Source of the DNA: Nemertoderma westbladi
Taxonomy: Eukaryota > Animalia > Xenacoelomorpha
Assembly: GCA_032718475.1 (NCBI GenBank)
Contig: JAUCBJ010000896.1
Coordinates: 36,513-100,512 of the forward strand
Direction of reading: 5' to 3'
DNA length: 64,000 nucleotides
Shown here: piece after piece, positions 35,633 through 48,200 of the stretch
Position numbering within the stretch: the first letter of the stretch is position 1
Layout: every line of letters starts with the position of its first letter
Translations under genes and position numbers: made by a program
The notes under the pieces: model-generated
What the model saw: only the letters and a program-made list of their open reading frames with translations
What the model was told of the DNA's origin: nothing
Database searches by the model: none

Positions 35633-36129
35633 CTCGTACTTTAGATTGGTGGCTGGTAGTCACTGTTTAGCAAACAAGGGGTGGCAGCTTGGATTTAATT
35701 ACTGTGACGGGATCCACGAAGGATCCCGATTTATCCGTTTGTCAATTTACGCGTCCCCGCCGTGTGTGAAAGGTAAAAGAGTTTGCATTGTTCGTTGTAT
35801 ATAATTTCCGGGTATAGATAGATATAGATAATGTGTTATAGTATAGAGTATCTAAATGTTGGTATATGGAAGGCGGGAAACGGTAATTGAAGTCCCGGTA
35901 CTTCCCTAGCTAAACTATCCTAACTAACACCAATAACATACTGCGATAACTGAACTGAATGATTGCTGGTACCTAATAATATATTGCACGGTTTGGCCTT
36001 GCTACAGTACCTAGCCGATGCTTCCCCCCTGATTGGCTAATATCCTTGTTGGTGCCCTTTGGAGTGTTCCCGTTCACTCCAGCTATTCTCCCTCTGTTAG
36101 GGGTTTGGCCCCTGACCCTCATTGTGCGT

Positions 36130-36272
36130 ATGAGAATATATAAAGAATATATGAGAATATATGAGAATATATGAGAATATATAAAGAATATATGAGAATA
36201 TAAAGAATATATGAGAATATATAAAGAATATATGAGAATATATAAAGAATATATGAGAATATATAAAGAATA
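36130..36272. repeat. AT-rich (ATGAGAATAT/ATAAAGAATAT)n minisatellite, left part; it resumes at 44229-44350
   Basis: The same units flank both sides of the TIR element. Confidence 0.9.
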
Positions 36273-36459
36273 CAGTCGGGGTCTCAAAGTGCATCTGTTC
36301 TTTGAGATTTTCTCAAAGAACTAAAAGTGTCTCAAAGTTCTAAAAGTGGTCCAAGAAAATGACAAAGTGTCCTCAAACATTTCAGAGTAGTACTGTCAGT
36401 CATTCCATACAGTCCTGCCTGAAACTGGCAATGGTATGGGGTATATTGACTTTGACTAA

Positions 36460-36630
36460 AGGGTAAAATATAAGTAATAAAAACCTCTATAAAACAATAA
36501 ATATGCCTCCAAAAAATACTGCAGTAATAAATATTTGTTACTGCAGTAATAAATATTTATTACTGCAGTATTTTTTTGTGGGTATTTTTATTGTTTCAGA
36601 GAGGTTTTATTAATTAATATTTTTACTCTA
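36460..36630. repeat. ~170-bp imperfect palindrome (MITE-like)
   Basis: Arms AAAACCTCT..AATACTGCAGTAATAAATA and TATTTATTACTGCAGTATT..AGAGGTTTT. Confidence 0.65.
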
Positions 36631-36816
36631 TCGAGACGCCATAATTGGGGGCTATCGGAATGTGTTGGTATTTGTGTCTTAGACAGTTTGTCTGTTGCCA
36701 TATCTATATTAATGTATAGTACTGTTTAAATTTGTTTAGCCCACAGGGCCTTAGAAATGTGAACGCCGAATTCCTTTACCAATGCATTTCAATGGTCAAC
36801 CAGCCAATCTTTGCCG

Positions 36817-38290
36817 CACTGTGGGGCGAGACACGTAGTCGGCGAGCCTTGGCATTGTTGGAGTACGAGATTCGACTGTGGGGCGAGACACGTAGTCGGC
36901 GAGCCTTGGCATACGGTTCATATAGGGCAAATGGGGCATGTCCGTCTGTCTGTCTGTCCGTCCGTCTGGTAAATGTTTGAACGCGAATTTCTCTGCATCG
37001 CTGGTTCGGAATTGAACCAAACTTAGTAGGTAAGTAGTAGAGAGAAAGTTTAGAAAGTTTGTAAAGTTTGGTGAAAAATCATGCAGTCTGACGTCAGCTA
37101 CGACAGATTATGTAGTTTTTAGAAAATGTTAAATTTCTCGGGAAGGCCTCATTTTCCTGAGCTGAAATTTTGGTGGCCTGTAGAGAATCATGAAGTCTAT
37201 CTTTTACGAAATTGAAAAGTTAAGACATTTAATTGGGGATCCGCTAGAGACTCAGAAGTAATGACATAGGCCTACCGGTACGGTACTGCTGTACAGTGCT
37301 GCACTGGTAAGTACGAAATTGCAGAATAACAATTTGACACCACCTAGCGGATTAACATATGATTGTATATCGAATGAATACATTTATAGCATGGGATATT
37401 GGGTCCAAACTAGACATGCCCCATTTGCTCTATATGAACCGTATGCCAAGGCTTGCCGACTACGTGCTGCGCGAAGTCCCCACGAACGTGTATATTACTC
37501 ATACTGTATAACTTTGCGCCCTTGTAATTATTTGGACCTAACTGCATTCTTTTTATGTATACCGGTACCCTAATACAGTACAGCAGTCTGGCAGTAAATG
37601 GCTGCAGTAACATTATGTAGCAGTGTGATGTACTGCAGTATTGATACCGGTACCCTGATCCGTTGACATGTACCGGACCGGTACTGACCTTGTAATCGGC
37701 AACCGGCATGCTAATGTATGAATAACTAACATATATTTTATTGATCGTTTGATATAACTATTTGTATATCCTCTGGAGTTTTTCAATAATCCTAACAGGC
37801 ATACGGTTCATATAGGGCAAATGGGGCATGTCCGTCCGTCTGTCCGTCTGTCTGTCTGGTAAATCTTTGAACGCGAATTTCTCGGCATCGCTGATTTGAA
37901 ATTGCACCAAACTTAGTAGGTAAGTAGTAGAGGGAAAGTTTAGAAAATTTGTAAAGTTTGGTGAAAAATCATGCAGTCTGACGTCAGCTACGACAGATTA
38001 TGTGGTTTTTAGAAAATGTGAAATTTCTCGGGTACGCCTCATTTTCCAGAGCTGAAATTTTGGTTGCTTGTAGAGAATCATAAAGTCTATCTTCTACGAA
38101 ATTGAAAAGTTAAGACATTTAATTGGGGATCGGCTAGAGACTCCGAAGTATAGGCCTAATGACGTAGGCCACTGGCACGGTACTGCTGTACTGTACAAGT
38201 ACGAAATTGCAGAATAATAATTTGACACCACCTAGTGGATTAATATATAATTGTATATCGATCGAATACATTTTATAGCATGGGGTATAG
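36817..38290 (+). mobile_element. Two copies of a ~0.5-kb DINE-1/HINE-like repeat with a (GTCY)n microsatellite and subterminal inverted repeats
   Basis: 36908-37400 and 37798-38290 are direct repeats. GGCATACGGTTCATATAGGGCAAATGGGGCATGTC occurs inverted at ~37413-37447. Confidence 0.6.
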
Positions 38291-39561
38291 GGACCGAGCC
38301 ACGAAGTTGGTGGAGCCTTTGCGAACTGGCGCTATCTCTTAGGGGGGTAGGTCAATTATGGCAAATAGTTCATTCAATAATTGTAGTGTATGTCATCATC
38401 GTCGCTACGATTTTGACTTACTTATAACTTCGTCGGATTTAAAAGCTTTCGAGTCTAAAATTAGTAGGCATCAATAAGACCATAAGTTTTGTTTTTTAGG
38501 GACTTCCAGACACCATCAAATCCTCAGTCTCTCGCTAGAGGGCTACATGTCTAGATATTATATATCTTCACATTTTCTTTGCTTTAAACCCGTTCTAGCT
38601 GAAACTTGGCATATTTGTACTAGACCATTAACTGTGTATTTCAAAGGAGGCTCATCTGTCTGCAGTTCTCTAGTCTGCCGCTAGAGGGCAAAATGTATCA
38701 ACTGCAATCACTAATTTAGCGGAAACATCAGATATGTGATAGAACACGTCCGGTGTGTTTGCCGGGCTAGGAATCAGTCCGATCAGTTCCACCTCACCAC
38801 TATTCCAGCTAGGTGTGGGGCGAGACACGTATGGCGAGCCATCAGCGAACTGATATAATTATACTATGGCCGTTTTTCAAAAGTCTCTGTGTGACGTGTG
38901 TGGGTGTGTGTGTGTCGGTAGCCATAATGGCGGAAGCCATAATCGAAGTTAATATCTTCAGCTAAATTGTATGGTTGAGTCATTTTGAACGGTCTCTCCA
39001 TGGAAATTAATTGTTTAGCACCATACGATGAAAGTTATTTTGCACTGAAATTAGATATCTGGAATCCATGTACCCCATCCCATTATAGTTTTTTATTTTT
39101 TCAAGTGATTTACGTTAATAAATGTATTTTTAATTGATTTAAACATAATTAACATTGTAAATTCATACGCTGATTCCATTCTCCCCCATAGAGCCTAAGG
39201 CATGGCAAGGGCAGCCGTGCCCAATAATATTTCTTGAAGTTTTACAGTTGGCAAGCTAAAGTCATTGGCCAAGCCAGTGCCTAGGCTAGTACACAAGGAC
39301 ATAGTAGTCCAGTAGAAGGAATAGTGCTCCTTCAATACATCTCAACAGACATCAATTCATTTGCCTGTGCCTACCAACGCGTGCTCCATAACATAACATA
39401 TATTCTTGATTTCCATCACCTCTCACCACAATTATTATTAGTAATTAAAAGTTTCAGTTCGATTTGTCTTTCCGTTATCTGGTTATTCAGTTATTGCCTT
39501 ATTAATAAATAAATGTTTTAAAATATATCTTACGAAATATGGTTAATATTTAAAACTTGTC

Positions 39562-40240
39562 GCTAACATTCTCGCTATGGGGGTTTTAAGGAGTGCTGAT
39601 TACATTTCTGATGTCAGTTTTCACGTTTACATAAATATAGTCTGTCTGTCTGTCGGTCATTCTGTCAGTCAGTCTGTCAAAACTTAAAAGATAATTCAAA
39701 TTAACTAACATTCTCTCTATGGGGGTTTTAAGGGGTGCTGATTTCATTTCTGATGTCAGTTTTCAGGTTTACATAAATCTAGTCTGTCTGTTTGTCGGTC
39801 TTTCTGTCAGTCAGTCAGTCTGTCAAAACTTAAAAAAGAATACAAACTAACTAACATTCTCGTTATGGGGGTTTTAATGGGTGCTGATTTTATTTTAGAT
39901 GTCAGTTTTCACGTTTAAAAAAATCTAGTCTGTCTGTTTGTCGGTCTTTCTGTCAGTCAGTCAGTCTGTCAAAACTTAAAAAAGAATACAAACTAACTAA
40001 CATTCTCGTTATGGGGGTTTTAATGGGTGCTGATTTTATTTTAGTTGTCAGTTTTCACGTTTAAAAAAATCTAGTCTGTCTGGCTGTCGGTCTTTCTGTC
40101 AGTCAGTCTGTGAAAACTTAAGAAAGTATACTAACTAACCAACATTCTCGCTATGGGGGTTTTAAGGGTTGCTGATTTCATTTCTGATGTCAGTTTACAC
40201 GTTTACATAAATCTAGTCTGTCTGTCTGTCGGTCTCTCAT
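39562..40240. repeat. ~140-bp tandem repeat x5 containing (GTCT)n
   Basis: CTAACATTCTCGCTATGGGGGTTTTAAGG units at ~39563, 39705, 39851, 39997 and 40141. Confidence 0.85.
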
Positions 40241-40885
40241 TCAGTCTGAACTACTGTACTGTGGTTGGCATTACGCCATATACCTAACACTAATAATACA
40301 GTCTACAATACAGCCTATCTACAGTACATAATGGATTTTTTGCCATAAAGAGCAATAAATGTCATTAATACTTTCCACCAGTATACCTACTCCAAGAGCC
40401 TTCCAATAAAACATGTATTCCAGCATGACGTCCACTGCACGTCTTCGTGCTGTCCATGGTGACGTGCAGTGGACGTCATTAGGCTCTAAGGGGTTAAGCA
40501 ACACGGTCCCTACTTCGCCCTGTTGACACCCCAGCTATTTTCCACCAATCCTTTTTTAGAGTTTATTAATTTTTTTGGTATTGGTGAAAGTTCTACAACA
40601 TTAGTAGATATGTTTTTTATGATAGCTAGTGTTTTTTTGCTAGTGTTTTTTAGCTAGTATTTTTTGAAATTATAGAAAATGTGAAAGTCCATGATATTTC
40701 AGGTTAAACTGTTGAAGAATATATTAATGACCAAAATAATTTCCAAAAATTACTAGCTAGTAAAAAATACTAGCTATATACCATAAAAATCTACTAAGGT
40801 TCTAGAACATTCACTAATATAAAAAAGCACTCAAAATCACAAAAAAATAAAGTTTAAAAAACTCATTCGGGACCCTTTTGCTTAA

Positions 40886-42427
40886 CCCTATTAGTACCGG
40901 GCTATAAAATGCTGTACAAATACCGGGAGGGGGTCATATTGACCCCCCCCCCTCTAAAATCTACAAATATTTACGAAAACGTCTGATTTTTTGTTTGTAC
41001 GTAGGTATCACTTGTCTGGATCCGACCGAAAAAAAAAAATTTCGAAAAAATGTACTGGGGTGTTTATATTGCAGCACCAAAATTACAAGTAGTGCACAAT
41101 TTTCACAAAATTTGAAAGTTACATTTTCGGCTAATTATTTTTCAATACAGGTTTTCTGGGGTGCAAAATACATTGGAAAATATTTAAAAATGATATGATT
41201 ACTATAAATTGCCGTTTAGTCCTCTCTGCGTAGGAAAAAAATGAAAAAAACAAGTAACCAGCACTTTTCAGGTAGAACACAAAATTTTTAATTCACTTAT
41301 ACGATGCTATAAATTCACATTTTCAGGTTTTCGAGGGCGCTGATTCTAATGGAATACATTTCTAATATGCCAAATCATAAATACTTGTATTTTTCGGCGT
41401 AATTTGGCAAATTTTGGTGCTAGCACTAAATTTCGTACCCATCACCAAAAAGTACAAGTTTGCGATGTCCAGGGCTGTTTTTATGGATTCCATCGGATTC
41501 AGGACCCTCATAAACCCGTATAACGCAAGAAACAAGGTGATACTATATACTGATAAATTTGCATATTTTCCAAAATTTGGTGCTGGCACAACAATTTTCA
41601 CCCACTGGCGAAAAATACCAGTTTGAAAACTCTTATTAAATTTTTACTGATTCCATTGAATTCAGAACCATCACAAACCCGTATAACGCAAGAAACAAGG
41701 TGACACAATCAATTGATATATTTGATGGTTTTCAAAATTTGGTGCTAGCACCACATTTTGCACCCACATCCGAAAAATACAAGTTTGAGATGTCTAGTTC
41801 GATAATTATTTATTCCATTGAATTCAGAACAGCCATAAACCTCTAAAACGCAAGAAATAAATTGTCACAAGCAATTTTATCTATCCAAGGAATTTTCAAA
41901 ATTTCGTGCTAGCACCAAAATTTGCACACAGCACCGAAAAATACAAGTTTGATACGCTTGGTGCAACTCGTATATATTTCATCGAATCCAGAACCCCAAA
42001 AAACCCCAATTGCGTAAAGAACAAGTTTCAAACAATCAATTTACAAAATTGACATAATTCAAAATTTGGTGCTGGCACCAAAATTTGGCACCCACCGAAA
42101 AAAACAAGTTTGAAATTTCTAAATCAATTTATATGAATTCCATCAAATTTCTAACACCAAAAAACCGGTGTAAATCAAAAATAGAGATGTTACAATTCAT
42201 ATTTAATGAAATGTAATTTTCAAAAAACCTCTCAAAAAAAGCGCCAAAAGTAGGGTTAAAAAATGGTGCTATAACTCGAAAAGTACCCAATATTTTAGAA
42301 AACGGTTTTCACTACTAGGAAGACAATAGATTTTTAGTTTGCTTTTGTTTCTGCGTTTGTTTCAGAATTATAATAAAAAAACCACGGGGGGGTCATATTG
42401 ACCCCCCCCCCCCCGGGTTTAATAGGG
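40886..42427. mobile_element. piggyBac-type non-autonomous element with internal ~180-bp tandem repeats
   Basis: TTAA|CCCTATTA...TAATAGGG|TTAA; subterminal GGGGGGTCATATTGACCCCCC palindrome at both ends. Confidence 0.8.
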
Positions 42428-45160
42428 TTAAGGAGTCAAAATTGTAGAACAAATTCCCGAAGTTTGCGACGTTTGCGAAATTTGCGAAGAATTCGTCAGT
42501 TTCTGTGCCCTAATGGTTTTGTGACGAAACAATCAAATCTTACACACTTAACACACACGAACTAATTTAATGTGGGTATTAGTATGCCTGAATAATTAAA
42601 TAGAAATTAAATTAATGAACGCTATTACAACATAAAATCTACGGAATCAATACACAACACACGCACACTATTGAATTTAAAAATTTATATAGATTGCAAC
42701 TTATATTTGGCTACCTTTTAATGGGTAATTAATTTAATTATTCACCCTTATATATTTGTTGCCTTTTTACTTTGTGCCTCTAATTGAATCAAACATTAAA
42801 CTAAAATATATGTCACAATATTGGTCTGTCGGTAGCTGGTCAATGAGTCTCTCATAAATTTGTTAATTAGTCGCTGTTCATTCATTGAACATTTGAACAC
42901 GTGCTGCTCGAAGACCCCACAACGTGTAAATTGTGTTATACAAAGTAAAGAATAAATATAGAGGCAGGAATAAAGAGAAATGATTCGAGCGCACTAATTG
43001 GCTGTTCCCATAGATGTTTTAGGCATTGTTGGTGCGCAATGAATATTGTCAGAGCGACCGCCCAGTCTGCCAAAATCTATTATGTAATCAAATGGTACCA
43101 CAAGCCAAGTAAAGCCTACGACAGTTCTTTCCGGCTCTGCCTGCACCTGTTTGTTTGAAGGTCACCGTCCGTGGGTCGCTACTGGCTAGCTGTGATTGAT
43201 AGCTTAAACTGGGTGCCGCTTTGCCAGAAGGCGGTACACATCAATTGAATATCAGGCAAACATTTAAAATATGCTCAAATATAAACGCCAGCGGCAGGGG
43301 ATATTTTAAATCTCTATTAAGTTAAAACAACACAAGAGTGTAGCCGTTCTATTCTATCGTTCTTGAAACTTGAAAGCCTTTCTTCGTTTTTAAGAAGGAA
43401 TTCTCGCGCTCTCGTCACCGTAGTTAAACTGTAATTAAACAGTTAAGGTAGTACGGGTTGACCTCAGGTGACTAATGAAATGAATGACAAAAGTTATTAC
43501 AAGCTTTCTCCCAACAGGGCTTCCTTCTTCAGGTCATTGTAATGAAACTGCGTACACAGAGAAACTACAGTGCAGTTTCTATAATATTAATTGTTAATCT
43601 GATATTGTATTATGTTATTAAAATAATCAATCTTGTCAAGCATTAATCTTGTTTCACTAATTATGTTTCATGTATTATTTGATTTTTAAGAATGTTTTTC
43701 AGAAAGACTTTTATAAAAGGTCTTTATTTCCAAATAGAAGGGGAGGGAGGGTGGGGGGAGGGGCGTAGAATGCTTGTCAAAGGGCGCTGTAAATTCAATT
43801 TGTACTTGCGACCGAAAACCCATCCCATAATCACCCCAGGAACCTCAATGTGATAAATTAATGGGAATAGCTTCTAGGCAATAACTGGCCGGCCCACAAG
43901 TATCACTTGTTGCCCGCATGACATTGTTCCACGAGAATGCCTCTGCTTCTCAGTTAACTTACCACGAGAGCTGTCAATCACGAATACCTCGGAGTTTATT
44001 TTCTCAAAGAATTCAAAGTGCCGCTAACTACCTAAAAGTGACATTTCTCAAAGAATTAAAAGAATTCAAAGTGCCTAAAAGCAGGAAATCACTTTGAGAT
44101 TCCCAACTAAAAGTGTCTACAAGAATTCAAAGCGGCCGTTGGGAGTAATGTAATGAATGACTTTTAGACACTTTCAGAAAAACTTTGAGAAAATCTCAAA
44201 GAACAGATGCACTTTGAGACCCCGACTGTATATGAGAATATATAAAGAATATATGAGAATATAAAGAATATATGAGAATATATAAAGAATATATGAGAAT
44301 ATAAAGAATATATGAGAATATATAAAGAATATATGAGAATATATAGAATACAGGAATTAACAATTATTTAAAATTATAATGTTAGACCTGTTGTTTCCTT
44401 GTCCTGTTGTTTCGACGTACTACCTTTGTATTCTAGAATACACTATTTTATGAATTGTGTTAAAGTCAAGCAATGGAAAAAACGTGGCAAAAACGCGGGG
44501 AAAACGTGGCAAAAAAAGCCACGAGAAAAAAGCCAAAAATACGGCAACCAAAATGGTCCTTAACGAAATATGAAATGTCAGAAAACAATTGTTATTCCAA
44601 ACCTAAACCAATTATTCAAACCATTATTGGAATCCTGAAATTCCATTGTTCTACAGGTGCACAAAAGTTGCTAAATGGTAAAAAAATAAGGCAAAAAAAA
44701 ATTATTTAAATTTCGTCTATATCTTCACGGATCCCAAGAGGGTTTAAATTTTGAGCCATCGCGATGCACCATAATAAAATTTATAACAATATAACACATT
44801 GATGAAAGATCAATGACTCAAGAAAGAACTTCCTGCATGCATCAAATGTGATCAAATGGGTCCAAACTTAGTCAGTCAGCCTGTAACTGGTAGCCAGGTG
44901 CCAGCAGTCTGCATTTAACTGGTATCCAGACGCCCGCAGTCTGTCTGTAACTGCAACTGGTAGCCAGGCGGCAGCAGTCTTTCTTTGACAGTTAATCATA
45001 ATCATAAGAATGTAATTTAAAGTGATAACTAACACACAGTGGTATCTATACTAAGGTTAGTTACTAATAATTGTTCTATAAAGGTCTTAATACTTGCCGC
45101 CTTTGATTGCCTTTATGAGACTTTATTCATTGCATAAGTAATTATTGCCTTTGTCAAAAG

Positions 45161-45172
45161 TGTATAAATAGG
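45161..45172 (+). promoter_or_regulatory. TATA box of the fibrinogen-domain gene
   Basis: GTATAAATAGG about 90 bp upstream of the ATG at 45256. Confidence 0.55.
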
Positions 45173-45255
45173 AGGAGTTTTAGGCATTAAAACCATTCTC
45201 TATCAGAAAATTATCGTAACTTTAGTTACAAAGTTATTTACAAAATACTGTAAAA

Positions 45256-48200
45256 ATGTTGCCCGTAAGTCTTAAACTATTTTCTCTGCTGTCAGCTCTT
45301 TTCCTACTCCAGGTAAGTTTATTTAATGCATAAAGTATTCATTTAGCGTTGTTATCTGAATTAATCATTTAATGATTTGCTCACGTGAAAAAAGAAACCC
45401 TTTATTAAGGATGTTAGATTTATTCATCAAAACAAAAAAAAATGTTTTCTCACAGAATTATTCCACAAACAGAAATTTTATTTAAATGGTTAGCATCCTA
45501 GAGAGAGTGACAACGCATACATGACTGTAGCCAACAGCTGTTTGACTGTCTCACAAACTGTCTGTTAGTTATTCAGTTCACATTTATTTTGGTTTTTGTC
45601 CCAGTATTGCAGACTGGTTTGCTATTATTATGGCCTCCCCCAGTCTGATGTGACCGGATATCCATATTGGTTGTCCAGTTGTGCTTTTTAGTTGTCTAGT
45701 TGTCCGTATAGGTTATCCCCGTCACCACCATTTGGTCTCCCCATGTCGCGTTGGATATCCGTCTGTCCACGTCTGTTTCCCTGGCCACGTCTTATTCCCA
45801 TGTCCACATTTGTTGTCCCGTTTTCCCCACACCAATTGTACCCCAACTCATATCAGTTTTCTTGTAATATTGTAATATGTGGTGGATTTTTCAACATTTT
45901 CTATCGCAATAATTTTTATTATCCGTTTAAATCACTCATGATGTCCTTTTTTTTACTTTTTATGTCCTCCAGAAATTTACCATTAGGTTCCATGCTACCG
46001 GTTTCTCTACTGCTGTTCTCCCAGGCTGCTATCAGTACCGGTATTAGTATATAGAGCACTATTTTGCAGTATTATTGCTGTATTGTTTGTACAGATGTAG
46101 GTATTAAGCAGGTATTTTAGGTATTTTAGTACCGGTACCGCGCGGCACCGGTACTGCTGTAGGCCTACTGTGTAGCCTTACCATTAGAATACGGTATTGG
46201 TAGGCCTACCGGCTGACCGTTTGTGCTAATAAATTTTAAATAATTGATAGTTATGATAGATAAATGATTGATAAATGTGGATATACCTTTCAGTTTCACA
46301 TACATAATTTATCAGTTTTATAATAGATCATGACTACTGTCTGTGTAGTGTTACTGATAGCGGCACCACTACTTCCAACAGCACAGATCAGTTCATAAAC
46401 TCACACGTACTCGAAAAAACTACTTATACATGTTATACCCCGTTACCGTTTCCATTTGATACCGTTACCGTTGGTTAGAAAATCCCGCCTCTGTAACATG
46501 CTCCTTTCCCTCAATTAGTTAAGTGATCGTTTATTGTTTTGGTTAGAAAATCCCGCCTTTGTAACCTGCTCCTTTCCCTCGATTAGTTAAGTGATCGTTT
46601 ATTGTTTTGGTTAGAAAATCCCGCCTCTGTAACTTGCTCCTTTCCCTCAATTAGTTAAGAGATCGTTTATTGTTTTGGTTAGGAAATCCCGCCTCTGTAA
46701 CCTTCTCCTTTCCCTCAATTAGTTAAGTGATCGTTTATTGTTTTGGTTAGAAAATCCCGCCTCTGTAACCTGCTCCTTTCCCTCAATTAGTTAAGAGATT
46801 GTTTATTGTTTTGATTAGAAAATCCCGCCTCTGTAACCTGCTCCTTTCCCTAATTCGGTAAAGTGACCGTTTATTGTTTTGGTTAGAAAGGCTAACCTCT
46901 GTAACCTGCTCCTTTCCTTCATTTGGTAAAGTGACTGTTTATTGTTTTGGTTAGAAAATCCGGCCTTAACCTGCTCCAACCAACCTAAACCAGAAAAATG
47001 AATTTTGAAAAAAATGCGACTTATGGTCTTTTTACATTGCACGGCAGAGCTATTTATAATTTATTTATTATTACAGGCAAATGATGGACAATGTGGAGCC
47101 ATTAATGTAAGTTTGTTAGTTATTTTAAATTATTATTTTAAATGTAGTTTCATGCGATTTCATAGATATTGTAAGTGGTGACAAGTTGAGATAAATTCAT
47201 AAAAGTTATAAAATAATTGAGTTGAGATAATGTCTGGGAGACCTCTGGTGACCAAAAAAGAAAGGGTAACAACAGTTACGAGCTTTCACCCGACAGGGCT
47301 TGATGAATGGCTTGAGAAGCCCTGTTGGGTGAAAGCTCGTAACTGTTGTTACCCTTTCTTTTTTGGTCACCTGAGGTCTCCCAGACATTATCTCAACTCA
47401 ATTATGATTACTACGGTGACGAGAGCGCGACAATTTCTTAAAAGTTATAAAAATATTTCCTAACAGGTTACAGAGCTGGAAGAACAGAATACAGAGTTGG
47501 AGGGAAATATTACACAGTTGAATGACCAAGTAAAAGATATACTTACAAACCTAACTAACCAAGTCGATGAGCTAAATAACGATGTTAGTTTCTTAACCAG
47601 TAATTATTTGTAACATAATTATTTGTTAAATTTAACTTCATACGATTTCATAGATATTGTAAGCGAGTTGAATTAATAAAAATATTTCCTAACAGGTTAC
47701 AGAGCTGGAAGAACAGAATACAGAGTTGGAGGGAAATATTACACGGTTGAATGACCAAGTAAACGATATAAATACAAACCTAATTAACCAAGTCGATGTA
47801 AATAATGAGCTAAAGAACGATGTTAGTTTCTTATCCAGTAATTATTTGTAACATAATTATTTGCCGTGTTGAAGTCCTTCAGTTTTATTATTATGTTTTT
47901 ATTTATTTGTATGGAATTAATTTCGCACTACCAAATCGCCATGGCGACATATTTCCTAACTTTATGTCGCAGTGCGACATTATTTCTCAGTATGTCCCTA
48001 CGCCATACATTTACTATGTATTTCAGTATATCCAGTATGTCACCGCGTCATTATTAGGTTGTTCTAGAAAGTTTAAGTGGAAAACTATACAAATAATTCC
48101 CCACAAATAAATAAAATTAGATTCGCCGTTGTTCATAATTACCACATTAAATCTTTTACGGCCCTCGTTCTATTATTTCACTAAACAAAATCACTCGTGC

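Larger units (their letters stand above)
16369..36129 (-). mobile_element. BEL/Pao LTR retrotransposon B (about 13 kb without the nested B')
   Basis: 3' LTR 16369-16913, PPT 16914-16923, 5' LTR 35703-36129 (truncated by a minisatellite), with gag-pro-pol and ORF3 between. I count about 9 differences over ~427 bp between the LTRs. Confidence 0.93.
36273..44228. mobile_element. Non-autonomous Tc1/mariner-type TIR element swollen by nested insertions
   Basis: Perfect 46-bp TIRs CAGTCGGGGTCTCAAAGTGCATCTGTTCTTTGAGATTTTCTCAAAG, TA on both sides, no transposase ORF. Confidence 0.88.

Noticed and set aside
17459-35670. Numerous plus-strand ORFs overlapping the retroelement genes
   Set aside because: Antisense shadows of GC-rich, strand-skewed coding or repeat DNA, with no motifs.
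45692-46054. 120-aa intronic ORF ending MLPVSLLLFS, resembling the exon-1 peptide
   Set aside because: The codons differ from exon 1 and there is no convincing splice context; likely coincidence.
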